In this document: piece after piece, positions 50,726 to 61,005 of the stretch
Layout: every line of letters begins with the position of its first letter
Position numbering within the stretch: position 1 is the stretch's first letter
Made by a program: the position numbers and the translations under genes
Notes under the pieces: model-generated
Told to the model about the DNA's origin: nothing
Database searches by the model: none
The model's input: the letters and a program-made list of their open reading frames with translations, nothing else
Source of the DNA: Bacteroidia bacterium
Lineage (GTDB): Bacteria; Bacteroidota; Bacteroidia; 2-12-FULL-35-15
Assembly: GCA_039937835.1 (NCBI GenBank)
Contig: JBDTFR010000054.1
Location: forward strand, 9,543-73,542
Reading direction: 5' to 3'
DNA length: 64,000 bases

Positions 50726-50958
50726 GTAAGACCTTTTTTAAAATTAATTAACCTGTTTATCATGCGTCTTTTTGTGGCACACACTCCTTACTTTTTTTTG
50801 TCTGTAGCGTGCTGGTATGGTCTGAAAAGAGTGGCTCTTTTGGCTACGAAAACACCTCTTACCATTCCAAATAAATAAAATTTAAGCAGGCTCTAAGCTA
50901 TTTTTTAAATTAATTATAGTGGTTATTAAATTTAAAAAGAAGCGGTTTACATTATAAG

Positions 50959-52101
50959 TTATGCTACCTCTTTTTTAACCGTAAATAATTCTTTTAATTT
51001 TGCTACAGTGTAATCTATTTCTTCTATTTTATTGTATTTACTAAAAGAAAATCGAATTGAAGGTGATGTTGCATCCACTCCGATGGCTTGTAATACGTGA
51101 GATCCTTTATCGCTACCGGATGTGCAAGCACTACCTCCAGAGGCAGCAATGCCCGCAATGTCTAAGTTAAATAATAACATTTCAGCATTTTCAATAGCGG
51201 GGAATCGTACGCTCAATACCGTGTAGAGGCAATTTTTATCACAGTTTCCATTAAATTGTACGTTAGGGATATATGTTTTTAACTGATTAATCATGTATTC
51301 CTTTAAACTGGTAATGTATTTTTGATGCTCTTCTAAATCGCGCATTGCAATTTCTAATGCTTTTGCTAAACCTATGATACCGTATAAATTTTCGGTACCA
51401 GCACGCATGTTCCGCTCCTGAGAGCCACCATAAATAAGAGGGCTAATTTTTACATTTCCATTAATATACAAGAACCCTACTCCTTTTGGTCCATGAAATT
51501 TATGTGCCGCGCAGGTAATAAAATGAATATTTGTTTTATCCAATTCAAGATCATAGTGCCCCATTGTTTGCACTGTATCTGAATGAAATATGGCATCATA
51601 TTTTTTACAAATTTCACCCACTTCGTGCAGTGGAAGTAAATTACCAATTTCATTATTGGCATGCATTAAGGATACCAATGATCGTTCATTTTCTTTCAAC
51701 AGTTGATCTAAATGTTTAAAATCAACATTTCCTTCTGGTGTTAAGTTTACATAACTTAATTTTATTTTTCCTTGATGTTGCAACTGTTCTAATGTATGCA
51801 CTACTGCATGATGTTCAATTTTACTAGTGATGGCATGCGTTAAGCCCATATCAACAATACTACAGCGAATAGCCATATTATCAGCCTCGGTTCCACCAGA
51901 AGTAAAAAAAATTTCAGAGGGGGATACCTTCAATAAGTTTGCTACTTTTTTACGCGCAGTTTCTATTGCTGACCGGTTTTTTCTCCCAAAAGAATGGATG
52001 GCGGATGGGTTACCATAATGCTCTGTCAGGTAAGGCATCATTTCTTCTAAAACTTCTTTATCTAAAGCGGTAGTCGCTGCGTTATCCAAATAAACTTTCA
52101 T
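50959..52101 (-). CDS. cysteine desulfurase (class V aminotransferase, NifS/IscS-like)
   Basis: 'LDNAATT', 'FTSGGTEADN', 'SAHKFHGPKGVG' (PLP Lys), 'SGGSACTS'. Confidence 0.85.
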   Translation of the reverse strand: MKVYLDNAATTALDKEVLEEMMPYLTEHYGNPSAIHSFGRKNRSAIETARKKVANLLKVSPSEIFFTSGGTEADNMAIRCSIVDMGLTHAITSKIEHHAVVHTLEQLQHQGKIKLSYVNLTPEGNVDFKHLDQLLKENERSLVSLMHANNEIGNLLPLHEVGEICKKYDAIFHSDTVQTMGHYDLELDKTNIHFITCAAHKFHGPKGVGFLYINGNVKISPLIYGGSQERNMRAGTENLYGIIGLAKALEIAMRDLEEHQKYITSLKEYMINQLKTYIPNVQFNGNCDKNCLYTVLSVRFPAIENAEMLLFNLDIAGIAASGGSACTSGSDKGSHVLQAIGVDATSPSIRFSFSKYNKIEEIDYTVAKLKELFTVKKEVA

Positions 52102-52184
52102 TTTTAATTTTAGGCTTTAATCATTTTTTAAACAAAAAATGAAATTATAAATTAAATTAATTTTAATATTTTTTATTAATTAAA

Positions 52185-53621
52185 TTAAGAGATGGCTAAC
52201 TGTTGTTTTTTTATAAATTCACGAATATCGAGCATGATTTTTTTTGCTAAATTTTCTGCAGTTGCTTTATTCTCACTTTCTGAATAAATGCGTATAATAG
52301 ATTCTGTGTTTGATCTTCTCAAATGCACCCATTCTTTTTCAAATTCAATCTTTATTCCATCAATCGTATTAATGGGTTGCTTTTTATATTTTTCTTGAAT
52401 ATCTTCTAATATCTTATCTACATTCACCTCCGGAGTTAATTCTATCTTATTTTTAGAAATGTAATAATTCGGGTAGGAAGAGCGAAGCATCGAACAGGTA
52501 TTTCCAAACCTTGCAAGTTGAGATAAAAACAAAGCAATGCCCACTAAAGCATCTCTTCCATAATGCAATTCTGGCAAAATTACGCCACCATTGCCTTCAC
52601 CACCTATAATTGCATGAGTTTCTTTCATTAATTTTACCACATTTACCTCGCCTACAGCCGATGCATTATAAACACCACCATGTTTTTCTGTAATATCACG
52701 TAAAGCTCTTGTAGAAGATAAGTTAGAGACCGTATTTCCTTTTTTACCTGCTGCTTTATCTGCAGGACTACGCATGTTTAGCACATATTCGGCAACCGCC
52801 ACGAGGGTGTATTCTTCTCCAAACATTTCCCCATCTTCACAAACCAATGCTAAGCGATCAACATCTGGATCAACCACAATACCTAAATGAGCTTTTTCTT
52901 TTACAACTAATTTTGATATATCTCTTAAATTTTCGGGCAGCGGTTCTGGGTTATGAGGAAATTCTCCATTGGGTTCACAATACAACTTAACCACTGTTTC
53001 TACACCCAGCTCTCTTAATAGTTGCGGCAAAACAATACCTCCAGTAGAATTTACACAATCAATAACTACTTTAAATTTCGCATTTTTAATTGCAGGAATG
53101 TCCACTAATGGTAATGCTAATATTTTATCAATGTGTTTTCGTAAATAGGTTTCATTTTTAGAAACATTGCCTAAATTATTCACATCCACAAACTTATACG
53201 ATTCATTTTCTGCTATCCTTAATACTTCTTCTCCATCTGCTTCACTAATAAACTCGCCTTTATGGTTCAACAATTTTAATGCATTCCACTGTTTGGGATT
53301 GTGACTTGCTGTAATAATAATTCCTCCAGCGGCAGTTTCTTCTGGAACAGCAATTTCAACAGTGGGCGTGGTTGATAATCCAATATCTATTACATCAACG
53401 CCTATTCCTTGTAGCGTTCCTAACACAATATTATTTACCATTTCACCCGAAATACGGGCATCTCGACCTACTACAATTTTTATTTTTTTATTTTCAGAAT
53501 TTGCTGCAATAAATGTTGCAAAAGCAGCGGTGTATTTTACAATATCGATAGGACTTAACCCTTCTCCTGGCTTACCACCAATTGTGCCTCTTATACCTGA
53601 AATTGATTTAATTAATGTCAT
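52185..53621 (-). CDS. glmM: phosphoglucosamine mutase / phosphohexomutase
   Basis: 'SGIRGTIGG' and 'TASHNP' (catalytic Ser). Confidence 0.8.
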   Translation of the reverse strand: MTLIKSISGIRGTIGGKPGEGLSPIDIVKYTAAFATFIAANSENKKIKIVVGRDARISGEMVNNIVLGTLQGIGVDVIDIGLSTTPTVEIAVPEETAAGGIIITASHNPKQWNALKLLNHKGEFISEADGEEVLRIAENESYKFVDVNNLGNVSKNETYLRKHIDKILALPLVDIPAIKNAKFKVVIDCVNSTGGIVLPQLLRELGVETVVKLYCEPNGEFPHNPEPLPENLRDISKLVVKEKAHLGIVVDPDVDRLALVCEDGEMFGEEYTLVAVAEYVLNMRSPADKAAGKKGNTVSNLSSTRALRDITEKHGGVYNASAVGEVNVVKLMKETHAIIGGEGNGGVILPELHYGRDALVGIALFLSQLARFGNTCSMLRSSYPNYYISKNKIELTPEVNVDKILEDIQEKYKKQPINTIDGIKIEFEKEWVHLRRSNTESIIRIYSESENKATAENLAKKIMLDIREFIKKQQLAIS

Positions 53622-53843
53622 AAAAATAGTTTTTCTATTCTAAAATTCTATTATTTCAAATTTTATGAAAACAAAGATAGCTTTTTACAATTTATGTATA
53701 CGCAAATAATTCTTAATAATCATTAAAATCTAACGTTTAAAAATATGATTATGTTGGTTCATTTTTATTAATTTTGCACAAGTTATCGTAACTTAATGTA
53801 AAATAATGCGAAATTAGATTACAAATTTAATTAACTAGCAAAT

Positions 53844-55259
53844 ATGAACAGCGAGGAATTTGGAGAAGATAAAGGAAGGCCGCAAGATGATCTATTGGCA
53901 TTAATTAACCGTTACGAAGAAATGCTTGCCAGTAATGCGCAATTTTTTTTTGATGCGGATGAATTAGAGGAGATTATTGAATATTATATTGAAAAAAATA
54001 GCTCAAAAAAATCATTACAAGCAATTGAGTTTGCTATAGGGCAGCACCCTTTCTCCGCTATTTTCTTTTTACGTAAAGCACAAATATATGCTGCTACCAA
54101 TCAAAGTCAAAAAGCATTAGAAATACTTTCTTATGTTGAAAGCATGGAGCCTTCCAATGCCGAATTATATATGACAAAAGGCTCTATATACAGCCAAATG
54201 GGGCTTACAGAACAAGCCATAGAAAATTATAAAAAAGCAGCTCAAAATGCAGAAGATATTGATGAAATATACCTTGCCATGGCTTTTGAGTTTGAAAACA
54301 CTGGTAAATTTGATGATGCGATCTATTATTTAAAGAAAACAATTGCAATCAATCCTGAAAACGAGGCTGCCCTGTATGAATTAGCATTTTGTTATGAATT
54401 AAATGGTCAATCAGAAGAAAGCGTTAAATATTATACTGATTTTATTGATAAACATCCTTATACTCATACGGCTTGGTTTAATTTAGGAGTAGCTTACAAT
54501 CGTTTGGGCATGTACGAAAAAGCAATCGATGCCTATGATTATGCCATTGTCATTGAAGATAAATTTGCTTCTGCCTACTTTAATAAAGCAAACTCCCTTG
54601 CTAATCTTAATAAACTAGATGAAGCGATTGCAGTATATAAAGAAACATTACTTTTTGAAGATCCTGACGCTACGACTTTTTATTATATAGGTGAATGTTA
54701 CGAGAAAAAAGAAGATTTTGATCATGCCTTAATTTATTATAATAAAGCTATTAAATTAAATCCTCAATTAGCTGATGCTTGGTTAGGAATTGGTATTGTA
54801 TTAGATAGTCAAGACCGCACCAGTGAAGGTATACACTACGCTAAAAAAGCATTAGAATTAGAAAAAAACAATGCCGAATATTGGTACATTTATGGTGAAT
54901 TACAACAAAAAATGCAATTTTACGAGGATGCTGAATTGTCATTTAAAAAAGTAATTGACTTGGATCCTACCAATTCTGAAATTTGGTTAGATTATGCCAA
55001 TCTGCTCTTTGAACAAGAAAATAAAAATGGCTCTTTAGAAATATTAGCCGAAGGCATAAAATATCATCCTCAAAATGCTGAACTCCATTATCGAATTGCT
55101 GCTTGTTTAATGAGTATTGGTCAAAAGCAAGAAGCATTAAGCTTTTTACAAAAAGCGCTTACTCTTAATTATGAAAAGCACAACGAATTATTCGATTACA
55201 TTCCCCAATTAAAAAGCAATACCAGTATTACGAATTTAATAGAATCTTATAAAAAATAA
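53844..55259 (+). CDS. tetratricopeptide-repeat protein
   Basis: Multiple canonical 34-aa TPR units (W-LG-Y-A-F-A-P patterns). Confidence 0.75.
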   Translation: MNSEEFGEDKGRPQDDLLALINRYEEMLASNAQFFFDADELEEIIEYYIEKNSSKKSLQAIEFAIGQHPFSAIFFLRKAQIYAATNQSQKALEILSYVESMEPSNAELYMTKGSIYSQMGLTEQAIENYKKAAQNAEDIDEIYLAMAFEFENTGKFDDAIYYLKKTIAINPENEAALYELAFCYELNGQSEESVKYYTDFIDKHPYTHTAWFNLGVAYNRLGMYEKAIDAYDYAIVIEDKFASAYFNKANSLANLNKLDEAIAVYKETLLFEDPDATTFYYIGECYEKKEDFDHALIYYNKAIKLNPQLADAWLGIGIVLDSQDRTSEGIHYAKKALELEKNNAEYWYIYGELQQKMQFYEDAELSFKKVIDLDPTNSEIWLDYANLLFEQENKNGSLEILAEGIKYHPQNAELHYRIAACLMSIGQKQEALSFLQKALTLNYEKHNELFDYIPQLKSNTSITNLIESYKK

Positions 55260-55260
55260 T

Positions 55261-56052
55261 ATGAATTTTAAAATACCTTACCTCCCTGACCGTCCTCTAA
55301 AACCTCGTAAGAATGGGCTTACAATGATGATGGATAAAGGGCTAAGCACCCGTCAAGCGGAAGACTTTATTTCAGCAAATGGTGACTTAACAGATATCAT
55401 AAAGCTAGGATTTGGAACCTCTTATGTCTCTAAAAATATAGTACAGAAAATAGAATTATATAAAGCGGCAAATATTAAAGTATATCTAGGAGGAACTTTA
55501 TTTGAAGCATTTATTATCCGAAATATGTTTGATGACTATCTACGATTGCTAGATAAATTAAAATTGGATTGTGCAGAAGTATCAGACGGCTCCATTATAA
55601 TGCCTCATGATAAAAAATGTGAATATATTCATACACTTGCAAAAAATCATACTGTGCTTTCAGAAGTAGGGTCAAAAGAAGAAGGTATTATTATACGTCC
55701 AGCAAAATGGACGTCAATGATGAATAAAGAATTGCAAGCTGGCTCTTGGAAAGTTATTGCCGAAGCACGTGAAAGTGGTACGGTGGGTATTTACCGACCC
55801 AATGGAAATGCTCACACTCTTTTAATAAATAAAATTTTAGCAAAAGTAAAAAAAGAAGATATACTGTGGGAAGCACCTCAAAAAGCACAACAGGCATGGT
55901 TTATTCAATTACTGGGTAGCAATGTTAATTTAGGTAATATTGGATATGATGATATAATACCCTTAGAAACTTTGCGCTTGGGTTTAAGAGGCGATACCTT
56001 TTTTAATTTTTTACCCGCTAATTTAAAAAACACAACAGCAGTTAATAATTAA
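55261..56052 (+). CDS. phosphosulfolactate synthase (ComA)-like TIM-barrel protein
   Basis: Size and 'GLTMMMDKG...IKLGFGTS' resemble the PF02679 family from memory. Not confirmed. Confidence 0.4.
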   Translation: MNFKIPYLPDRPLKPRKNGLTMMMDKGLSTRQAEDFISANGDLTDIIKLGFGTSYVSKNIVQKIELYKAANIKVYLGGTLFEAFIIRNMFDDYLRLLDKLKLDCAEVSDGSIIMPHDKKCEYIHTLAKNHTVLSEVGSKEEGIIIRPAKWTSMMNKELQAGSWKVIAEARESGTVGIYRPNGNAHTLLINKILAKVKKEDILWEAPQKAQQAWFIQLLGSNVNLGNIGYDDIIPLETLRLGLRGDTFFNFLPANLKNTTAVNN

Positions 56053-56082
56053 TATTTTAAAAGCAACTAAAATTATTTACCA

Positions 56083-56397
56083 ATGAAAGAGATTACTGTG
56101 ATTGAATTAAATGAATTAAAAAACAATAAAGCTGATTTTCAATTGATAGACATTAGAGAAGAACATGAAATAGATATATGTGAAATTGGTGGAGAACATA
56201 TTGCTATGGGAGATGTAATGGATAATCTTCATAAAATATCAAAAGATAAACAAGTAGTTATTCATTGTCGCAGTGGAGCCAGGTCTGCCTCTATTTGTAA
56301 TGCGCTAGAAAAAAATGGATATAAAAATGTATATAGCCTAACGGGAGGGATCATTGCTTGGATTAATGAAATAGATAACTCTCTTACAAAGTATTAA
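56083..56397 (+). CDS. rhodanese-domain sulfurtransferase
   Basis: Active-site loop 'CRSGARS'. Confidence 0.8.
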   Translation: MKEITVIELNELKNNKADFQLIDIREEHEIDICEIGGEHIAMGDVMDNLHKISKDKQVVIHCRSGARSASICNALEKNGYKNVYSLTGGIIAWINEIDNSLTKY

Positions 56398-56455
56398 TTT
56401 TTTTGGTTTACGAAAAACGATAAATCAAACACTCATCTCTTTTTTAAAATCAGCT

Positions 56456-57094
56456 ATGGAACTTATAGATTTTATTTTACACATTGATAAACATTTAAAT
56501 GATTTTATATTAGAATATGATAAGCTTGTTTACCTGTTGCTGTTTGCTATTATTTTTGTAGAAACAGGATTAATCGTTATGCCTATTTTACCAGGCGATT
56601 CACTACTATTTGCGGTGGGCATGTTTGCAGCACAAGGGTCATTAAATTTAATGCTTGTTATTGTTTTATTAATTATTGCAGCAATACTCGGTGATATGGT
56701 AAATTTTTTAGTGGGAAGTTTTTTTGGTGAAAGGGCGTTGCAATTAAAAATAATGGGGAGACAACTTGTAAAAAAAGAACACTTAAATAAAACCCATGAA
56801 TTTTACGAAAAGCATGGTAGTAAAACAATCATAATTGCTCGTTTTATCCCCTTGGTAAGAACTTTTGCTCCGTTTGTTGCAGGTATTGGAGCAATGAAAT
56901 TTAAGACTTTTATTACCTATAACATTATTGGAGGCGTGCTTTGGATAGTGGGCTTAACACTTGCGGGTTATTTTTTAGGAGAGATTCCTTGGATAAAAAA
57001 TAATTTTGAAAAAGTTATCTTTATAATTATTGGATTTTCTTTCTTACCCATAATTATTGAATTTATTAAAATAAGAATAAAAGCTAAGAGTTAA
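56456..57094 (+). CDS. DedA/SNARE-associated family membrane protein
   Basis: 'PILPGDSLLFAVG' is the DedA signature. Confidence 0.8.
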   Translation: MELIDFILHIDKHLNDFILEYDKLVYLLLFAIIFVETGLIVMPILPGDSLLFAVGMFAAQGSLNLMLVIVLLIIAAILGDMVNFLVGSFFGERALQLKIMGRQLVKKEHLNKTHEFYEKHGSKTIIIARFIPLVRTFAPFVAGIGAMKFKTFITYNIIGGVLWIVGLTLAGYFLGEIPWIKNNFEKVIFIIIGFSFLPIIIEFIKIRIKAKS

Positions 57095-57117
57095 TACTTG
57101 GCTTTTATTCTTTCTAT

Positions 57118-58713
57118 TTATTCTACTAAAATTTGAATCCATACATTCTTTATTCCGGACTGTCTATATTCTTCTGCCTTTTTTAAAGCCTCTTCTTTGC
57201 CCACAATCCTGTCGGTATATACATAATTAAATTTTTTCTTGTTATAATATACCCAATTGGCTTTAAACCCTTTTGCATTAAAGCGTTGGGTTTCTTCAAT
57301 AGCAAAATCTTGATAAATAAAAGTACCCACTATGATGTAAAACCCTTTTTGTGGTTCATGATTTTTATCATCTGTAAAATCTTTTGTTTTATTTGTTATC
57401 AGCCAAATACCTTTCTCCATTACTTTATTTTCATTTCCATCTATCGCTTCTGCATTTTTATTATTTTCAGTTCGCTGTATAGGGGGTTTTGCATTGAGCC
57501 TATCCATAAGGATTTTAATTTTTTCCTCATTTTCTTTTATTCTATTTTGAAGTATTTCAATCTTTGATTCATAGTCTTTATTCTCCAGTACTTTATTTTC
57601 ATTCCCAGTTAATACTTGTGTATTTTTATTATTGTCTGCTGGCTGTACCTTGTTTTGTAAATCTATTTTATCAGCAAGCATTTTAATTTTTGCATCATTT
57701 TCTTTTAATTGCTTTTGAAGTGAATCAATCTTTAATTCGTACTCTTTATTCTCCAGTACTTTATTTTCTTGTATAACTGCTGGGGCAGCATTCACTTCTT
57801 CTTTAATTACTTCAGGCTTATTTTTTCTAAATTTAAAACTGAGCATAATTTCTTGGCTAACGCCAGCGTAATTTGCTATTTTCCCTATCATAAAATCGTA
57901 TGAATAACCAACATATAATTGTTTTGTTATACAAATGCCTGCATTAACCGCAACAGCATAATCATTTTTATAGGTACCTCCTAGCCATAATTTATCTTTC
58001 CATTCAAGGTTTACATTTGCATCAAATTCAAAAGGAGTATTTGGTAAGTAATTAACAAATACTTGTGGAGTAACCGTTAAACCTTTATCAGCAAGAATAT
58101 TAAATTTATAATTAATAACCCCCATATAATGGCGTGCCTGAGTGTAACGTGCAAGACTATATGTTTCGAAATACTTCGTTTTATTTTCTAATAAATGAGG
58201 TATCGATGCTCCTAATACAAATTCCTTCCATTTAAACATGATACCTGCATTACCATCAAATGCAGTCTTATGGGCATCATCCGTTACCAATGAAGGGTCA
58301 AAACCATTTTCTAATATTGCTTTAGAAAAATTAATACGATGATCTAAAACACCTAAAGCAAGGCCGAATGATAAATGTATATCTTCCGTAAATGTTAAAC
58401 GATAGGAATATGAGATATCACCACCCATTGTATTGCTCAAACCTTTTTTATCACTCAACAATTTTAATCCTAATCCCATTCTCTTATCATTTAAGTTTCC
58501 ATCTAGTGTAAATACATTTAGTGAAGGTGAATTTTTAAAATTAGCCCATTGATCTTTGCTAATAATCATTGCTTCGGTATTTTCACCTACACCTGCAAAC
58601 GCAGGATTATAAATCATTGGTTTATAAAAATAATGATTAGGTAATCCTATTTGCTGAGCATTTACAATTAAAGTAATAATAATAAAAGATAAAACGAGTC
58701 CTATTTTTTTCAT
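57118..58713 (-). CDS. T9SS PorP/SprF-family membrane protein with coiled-coil repeats and a C-terminal SPOR-like domain
   Basis: N-terminal 'PMIYNPAFAG' PorP/SprF hallmark. Duplicated ~55-aa 'GNENKVLENK(E/D)YE(L/S)KI..LQ..(L/I)KEN(D/E)(A/E)KIK' units. C-terminal 'YIIVGTF...NYVYTDRIVGKEEALKKAEEYRQSG' fits the SPOR pattern. Confidence 0.7.
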   Translation of the reverse strand: MKKIGLVLSFIIITLIVNAQQIGLPNHYFYKPMIYNPAFAGVGENTEAMIISKDQWANFKNSPSLNVFTLDGNLNDKRMGLGLKLLSDKKGLSNTMGGDISYSYRLTFTEDIHLSFGLALGVLDHRINFSKAILENGFDPSLVTDDAHKTAFDGNAGIMFKWKEFVLGASIPHLLENKTKYFETYSLARYTQARHYMGVINYKFNILADKGLTVTPQVFVNYLPNTPFEFDANVNLEWKDKLWLGGTYKNDYAVAVNAGICITKQLYVGYSYDFMIGKIANYAGVSQEIMLSFKFRKNKPEVIKEEVNAAPAVIQENKVLENKEYELKIDSLQKQLKENDAKIKMLADKIDLQNKVQPADNNKNTQVLTGNENKVLENKDYESKIEILQNRIKENEEKIKILMDRLNAKPPIQRTENNKNAEAIDGNENKVMEKGIWLITNKTKDFTDDKNHEPQKGFYIIVGTFIYQDFAIEETQRFNAKGFKANWVYYNKKKFNYVYTDRIVGKEEALKKAEEYRQSGIKNVWIQILVE

Positions 58714-58725
58714 AATACTATTGAT

Positions 58726-60630
58726 TTATTTCCCTAAAATATCTACTGTCCCTTTAAATGTCTGATTAGTGTTATTAAAACGTATTACATAAAAGTAAGT
58801 TCCATCGGGTAACTCTTTACCATTATAGGTGCCTCTCCAATCATTCGTATATTCTTTTTTTGTAAATACCACTCTACCATCTATATTATAAACAGTTACC
58901 TCGTTACCTGGAAAATTCTCTATATTTTCTATATACCATGTATCATTAACACCATCGTTATTGGGCGTAAAGAGGTTCGTAATTTTTCCATTAAAAAAGG
59001 ATTTGATTACCGTTACTGTTACCGTATCTGAATTAATACAATTATTTAAGTCAGTAATAAATAAGGTATAAGTAGTTGTGCTTTGGGGAGTAGCAATAGG
59101 ATTTAATACAGCTGTGTTATTGAGTCCAGTAGGAGGCGTCCAAAGAGGAGTACCTAAACCACTCCCATTCAATTGTAGAGATTCTCCAAAATTAATGAAT
59201 TTGGCAATGCCTGCATCAACTGCATTCATAGGCAATACGGTAATCGTTCTTGCCAAAGTAGTATCTATATTACAATTACCACTTTGCACAATTGCTTTAA
59301 ATAAAGTAGTTTGAGTTAAGTTTTTAGTATACAACCAGGTTGTTTTATTTAAAACAGGCGTCCAAGTAGCTCCATTATTGGTAGATGAAGACCAAGCAAG
59401 CACACTCCCAATATTACCAACTACTTTTGAAGTATCTTCATTTAATCCATAACAAATTGTTTTATTGCCGTTAATACTACCCGCTACTGTTTGCGGAGAA
59501 ACATACACTTTTTGAATAGTTGAAGTATCGATAGAACAAGCTCCATTTTTTACTACGGCTCTATACCATTTAGTTGATAGCATGTTGGTGTATGATTCTG
59601 TAGAATCAGTATTTGTTATCTTTAACCAACTCACACCATTATCAATAGAAGAACTCCAAGAAATAATATCTCCCTTAAAACCGTTTAAAGTTAATGCACC
59701 AGTAGCGGGCACTCCACAATATGTGGCACCACCACTAAGCGTACCCACCACTGTAGGCAAACTTACCTTTATTATTGCTACAGCGGTAGTGTCTGTTAAA
59801 CAGCTACCACTCTTAACGATTGCTCGATACCAAATTGTTTGTGTGAGGTTTGAGTAAGATAAAAATTTATTAGTACTCGCAATTGCTTGCCATGTATTAC
59901 CACTATTTATAGATGATTCCCAACCTTGTACTTCTCCAACGCTACCAACTAAATTAAGTTTTCCGCTATTTGCAGTGATGCAAACATTCGTAGCACCAGT
60001 AACCGTTCCAGCTACCGTAACAGAGTCGATTGAAAAAGAAACAGGCGTTGAATTTTCTATATTACATGTTGGTGTATTTTGAACGGCGACACGATAAATT
60101 ACACTTTGCGTAATGTTTGTATAATTTAAATTGGTAGATGTATTTACAATCTTATTCCATGTGAGACCACCATTGATTGAGTTTTCCCAATATACCGGAT
60201 TCCCGGTATTACCTGTTAAAGTAAGTGAGCCAGCACCACTGTTACCACAAAACAAACCACCTCCACTAATTACACCAGATACACTTGGCTGATAAACGGT
60301 AATACAAAACTGTGTTGAAGTATCAGCTGGAAAAGGTGTTTTTTGAACCACTGCTCTATAACAAGTAGTTTGCGCTAAATTAAAATAAGCAATATTAGTA
60401 GTTGTAATAGCAATATTATTCCATACAGCACCGCCATTTGTAGAAGATTGCCAATATAATATATTTCCATCTTTCCCAACAAGTTCTAAAACACCATCAT
60501 TTGTTGCTGAACAATAAGAGGACTGACCTTTAAAAATATTAATTGTTCCGCCTATAGATTGAGCATTCAGTAGTTGTATAGAGAATAAAAATAAAAAAAC
60601 TAAAATAGATCTAATAAAAGAGGTTTTCAT
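58726..60630 (-). CDS. T9SS type-B C-terminal domain (gliding motility-associated CTD) repeat protein
   Basis: C-terminal 'FTPNNDGVNDTWYIENI...GTYFYVI' matches the type-B CTD pattern. About six ~80-aa Ig-like internal repeats. Encoded immediately upstream of the PorP/SprF gene. Confidence 0.75.
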   Translation of the reverse strand: MKTSFIRSILVFLFLFSIQLLNAQSIGGTINIFKGQSSYCSATNDGVLELVGKDGNILYWQSSTNGGAVWNNIAITTTNIAYFNLAQTTCYRAVVQKTPFPADTSTQFCITVYQPSVSGVISGGGLFCGNSGAGSLTLTGNTGNPVYWENSINGGLTWNKIVNTSTNLNYTNITQSVIYRVAVQNTPTCNIENSTPVSFSIDSVTVAGTVTGATNVCITANSGKLNLVGSVGEVQGWESSINSGNTWQAIASTNKFLSYSNLTQTIWYRAIVKSGSCLTDTTAVAIIKVSLPTVVGTLSGGATYCGVPATGALTLNGFKGDIISWSSSIDNGVSWLKITNTDSTESYTNMLSTKWYRAVVKNGACSIDTSTIQKVYVSPQTVAGSINGNKTICYGLNEDTSKVVGNIGSVLAWSSSTNNGATWTPVLNKTTWLYTKNLTQTTLFKAIVQSGNCNIDTTLARTITVLPMNAVDAGIAKFINFGESLQLNGSGLGTPLWTPPTGLNNTAVLNPIATPQSTTTYTLFITDLNNCINSDTVTVTVIKSFFNGKITNLFTPNNDGVNDTWYIENIENFPGNEVTVYNIDGRVVFTKKEYTNDWRGTYNGKELPDGTYFYVIRFNNTNQTFKGTVDILGK

Positions 60631-61005
60631 AAAAATCGTTTTTATGAAAAATTATACGGAATAAAAAGAATTAGGTTATGTTTTGTTATAATATCCTTTT
60701 AAAATTTATTAATAAAGCAACATCTAAAAATCAGCCTCTTTATATATGAAACACTGTATGAGGTATTTTGATTAGGAAGGATTCCTTTAACACTCTCTTA
60801 ATAGAGCCTTTATAAATTATTTCAAATGAATGATTATGAAGAGTTGGTTCCTATAAATCAATGCAAAAAAATAACTACCCCAAGAGCTTGGAGTATATAA
60901 CATTATTTATTTAGAATTAGAGCCTGTTTAAATTTATTTAGTAAAAGGTATAATTAAAAAAATGCATTTCCGTTCCTTTAAGTGAATGTGTAAAGAAAGT
61001 TATAC

